A stretch of 64,000 nucleotides of DNA from a virus: IMG/VR virus record IMGVR_UViG_3300029203_000004. One strand, given 5' to 3'. Of the stretch, positions 61,200-64,000 are shown piece by piece; the first letter of the stretch is position 1; the number at the start of each line of letters is the position of its first letter. A model generated the notes under the pieces. That model made no database searches. It saw nothing but the letters and a program-made list of their open reading frames with translations, and had not been told where the DNA came from. The translations under genes and the position numbers were made by a program.

Positions 61200-64000
61200 T
61201 TAATTGTTAATTCCTAATCTATTTTCCAATTCTCTTACTCTTTTCTTTAATCTTGTAACTTCATCGTCAACTTCCTGCAACCCCTTCCATACAACAGGAA
61301 TAAGTCTTTCATAATCTATGGTGTAATAGTCCTTGAATATATCACTGACCCACTGACTGTAACCGCCGGAAAGTAAATCCTGGGCGATAAGACCATAATT
61401 CCATTTTTTATGATTGAATATCTCGGAATTTCTCTTGGCAAGATTGTTCCAGTGATATTTCACGCTCCGGAATTTGCGGATAATACCCATAGCATCATAA
61501 CCCTGAATATCGGTTTTCAACCTTATATCGGAAGAGGATGCCTTGGCAGTAATTGCTCCAGTGGCTATTATATTCCCATTAGATTTTATAGAACCATTCA
61601 CCGTCAATTTATATCCCGTGTCACCGCCATCTGGATTTTGCCCAATATATACTTGCCCACCCCTTGGTTGGAGCGATAAGTTACATCTTGATTGATACTG
61701 CGTAGGATAACTATGAGATTGTCCGTCTGTCGCATCAATAGAAGTCTGCAAACATATATTTCCGTCACTTCTTGCATCAGTTATACGCCCACTGTAAACC
61801 TTTAATGTAGCATCTCCAGTTTGCACAAATATACTTGTTGAAGTCATTTGCCCACCAACATCTCCAGAACCATTAAACGGCTGACCAAAAATATTTCTAG
61901 TATTGACAAGAACATTTGCCGCATGGGAAAGACCTGCTGTTACTGCAACAACAGTGTATTTTGAACCGCCAGGTGTTCCCGTAGTGCCATTATTTTGTGT
62001 GGTCACATACCCATAAGGGTATTGTTCCACTATCTTTATTGCAATATACGGGTCATAACTGTCCTTGACACATTTCATCCATACTCTCCATGTTATGCCA
62101 TCATCCGTTGTACATCTTAATTCGGGAAGCCAACTTTGCCCGAAATTTGTCACGTAGAAAATATAACCTGCATTATTATCTCTACCTCTTCTTATTCTAA
62201 GAACTGCACGCCCATTCATACCACCACCCGTTTCCACTCTACATAAGTCAAATATTACGTATGCTCTTAATTGTTCCTGCCCAGTAGGAATCACGAACCT
62301 TAAAAATTCTATATAGTCATAATTATTATATTGGGAAACAAAACCATCGTATTTACGATTCTGATAATATGCTCCATGTTGTCCGTCCAGTAAATCCGCA
62401 CTTAGATTATCTACGGTTGTATTGCTTGAAACTATCAAAGGTGATAACCCTGTGGCAACAGTTGACATGAATCTCGGTGCTCTTACATCATTTGGAGTGA
62501 CACGTAAAACCAGCTTGTTGTTATGGTCTACGACACCAAATCCTGCACTATCCGTACTACTTCCTCTAAGGTTTCCTATATACCAGTAGGTGTCATGCCA
62601 GTTGAACCTTAATCCGTTTCTTATAGAAGTAAGCCCACCATCATCGTTCTTGATAACTCCGTTATCTTTATAGATATTGGTAATATCACAATTTTCCACT
62701 CCCTTGAATACGATTGCGCCGGAAGTGGAAGCGGATGTAAGGGTTCCAGTCATAGTATCGCCAGCCTTTTTCACCCATCTACCGTCCAATACGGAAGTAG
62801 GGATATGACTTGCATCTATGACTTTACTTGAATCAGCCTTTTTCAATTCAGCCCACATAGCGTCAGCGTCAAGTCCTCCCTGCCCAGCCATGTCGTACAG
62901 TTTCTTTATCGTGTACGCATTAAACGTATTGTCAAGGTCTGAATCGGAGAAGGTTGTGCCGTCAGTAAGGTTTGCGAAGCTGTAAACGGTATTTACAACA
63001 CCGCTGCCACCACCGCTACCACCTGTTTTCACGCCAAGAGCAGATACCCAACCGTCCGAGTAGAATCCTACCGTGTTTCCGTCTGTTCTATGCTTCACTC
63101 TCAGAGCCTTGTTTGCAGAATCGTAAACAAGTTGGGCATCTCCTATCTGTATATATTCGTTTGCTGTAAGTCGTGCTGCGGAAACGCCACCTGTAAATCC
63201 TGCTGAAACGCCATTGAGGTGTCCTTGTTTGTTTATTTGTATTACTCCTACATCTGACGTATCTCCATTAGGACGGAAATAAATCATACCCTCATTTCCA
63301 TAGCTTGATATGACGGTATTGCCTGTCGTGTTACGGAAAACAGTATTTCCGCCATAAGACAGACCGATACCACTATTCATCAGAATATTCTTGGTAAATG
63401 TCTTTTGTCCCGAAATAGTCTGAGCAGTAGTCAAGGTAACGGCATCAGTAATCCCGTACCCTGCCAAAGTGGTAGGATTATCACCAACTGTAACACGCCC
63501 GTAGGTGTCTACTGTAACTTTCGTATATGTACCAGCATTCACCCCCGTGGTAGCCAGTGACAATGTGCGGTTTGCGGACAGGTTTCCACCTCCCGTAAGA
63601 CCAGTTCCTGCACTTATCGTTATGGTCTTGTCCGCTTTCAGTGCAAGAAGTTCGGCTAGGTTGTCGCTTTCCGTAAGACCGTCAAGAAACGCTTCAAGTT
63701 CTTTCCATTTGTTGATAATGTTATCGGCATCGCTTCCTTCTAGGAAGTTATTCAACTTGTTGCTTAACTGTGTTACAGTATTATTCAGCGTACCCAAGTC
63801 CTGTTGTCTAGCGAATGTTTCCCCGAATACGGCAGTGATGGTTTTCCCGTCAGAACTAAGTGCCATGTTTGTTACGGCATTTCCACTTCCCGACTGGGTG
63901 ATGTTTTTTATACCACCACCTTCCTTCGCCATTTTCCAAATCTCGTTTATCGTGTACGCATTAAACGTATTGTCAAGGTCTGAATCGGAGAAGGTTGTGC
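61200..64000 (-). CDS. large tail fibre with C-terminal peptidase-S74 intramolecular chaperone domain (5' end outside the window)
   Basis: C-terminus SSDIRLKTDIQ...YGLIAQDL...IDYERLIPVVWKGLQE fits S74. The frame stays open upstream of the M at 63932 (..TTFSDSDLDNTFNAYTINEIWK-M) up to the window edge. Confidence 0.8.
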   Translation of the reverse strand, partial: TTFSDSDLDNTFNAYTINEIWKMAKEGGGIKNITQSGSGNAVTNMALSSDGKTITAVFGETFARQQDLGTLNNTVTQLSNKLNNFLEGSDADNIINKWKELEAFLDGLTESDNLAELLALKADKTITISAGTGLTGGGNLSANRTLSLATTGVNAGTYTKVTVDTYGRVTVGDNPTTLAGYGITDAVTLTTAQTISGQKTFTKNILMNSGIGLSYGGNTVFRNTTGNTVISSYGNEGMIYFRPNGDTSDVGVIQINKQGHLNGVSAGFTGGVSAARLTANEYIQIGDAQLVYDSANKALRVKHRTDGNTVGFYSDGWVSALGVKTGGSGGGSGVVNTVYSFANLTDGTTFSDSDLDNTFNAYTIKKLYDMAGQGGLDADAMWAELKKADSSKVIDASHIPTSVLDGRWVKKAGDTMTGTLTSASTSGAIVFKGVENCDITNIYKDNGVIKNDDGGLTSIRNGLRFNWHDTYWYIGNLRGSSTDSAGFGVVDHNNKLVLRVTPNDVRAPRFMSTVATGLSPLIVSSNTTVDNLSADLLDGQHGAYYQNRKYDGFVSQYNNYDYIEFLRFVIPTGQEQLRAYVIFDLCRVETGGGMNGRAVLRIRRGRDNNAGYIFYVTNFGQSWLPELRCTTDDGITWRVWMKCVKDSYDPYIAIKIVEQYPYGYVTTQNNGTTGTPGGSKYTVVAVTAGLSHAANVLVNTRNIFGQPFNGSGDVGGQMTSTSIFVQTGDATLKVYSGRITDARSDGNICLQTSIDATDGQSHSYPTQYQSRCNLSLQPRGGQVYIGQNPDGGDTGYKLTVNGSIKSNGNIIATGAITAKASSSDIRLKTDIQGYDAMGIIRKFRSVKYHWNNLAKRNSEIFNHKKWNYGLIAQDLLSGGYSQWVSDIFKDYYTIDYERLIPVVWKGLQEVDDEVTRLKKRVRELENRLGINN

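Overview
AT-rich, gene-dense window that reads as part of a large tailed phage or prophage of a Bacteroidota host. The host call is an inference from TAnnTTTG -7 promoter boxes, the absence of Shine-Dalgarno sites, and SSB-type DDLPF tails. Layout: (i) 1-12.3 kb is a minus-strand replication/nucleotide module with dUTPase, a Toprim primase-like protein, a D5/P4 primase-helicase, a DUF3127 SSB-like protein, KilA-N, and a DUF2829/Tad2-like protein. (ii) 12.3-14.0 kb is a ~1.7-kb non-coding control region packed with a 16-bp palindrome, TTCGTA/TACGAA boxes and low-complexity DNA. (iii) 14.0-43.9 kb is a plus-strand array of ~75 mostly small early genes. It includes a YqaJ-type exonuclease, a DEAD/DEAH helicase, a VRR-NUC-like nuclease, a clamp-like protein, a tyrosine recombinase, a Dam-family N6A methyltransferase, a PAPS-reductase-like protein, a HAD hydrolase, a split RlmN/Cfr-like radical-SAM enzyme next to a GC-rich structured element, and dispersed paralogous cassettes. 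(iv) 43.9-64 kb is a minus-strand late/tail-fibre module interrupted by an HNH homing endonuclease, an IS1595-family IS with an 8-bp TSD, a solo TnpB, and a plus-strand C5-methyltransferase island whose second methyltransferase is decayed. The best-supported special system is a complete diversity-generating retroelement. It consists of a tail-fibre target with a C-terminal VR (52125-52234), a TR (51842-51951) and an RT (50393-51682). 18 of 19 TR/VR mismatches fall on TR adenines. No Avd is recognisable and the RT carries a long C-terminal extension. The last tail-fibre ORF runs off the right edge of the window. Most products are hypothetical. All homology calls rest on motifs read by eye, not on database searches.
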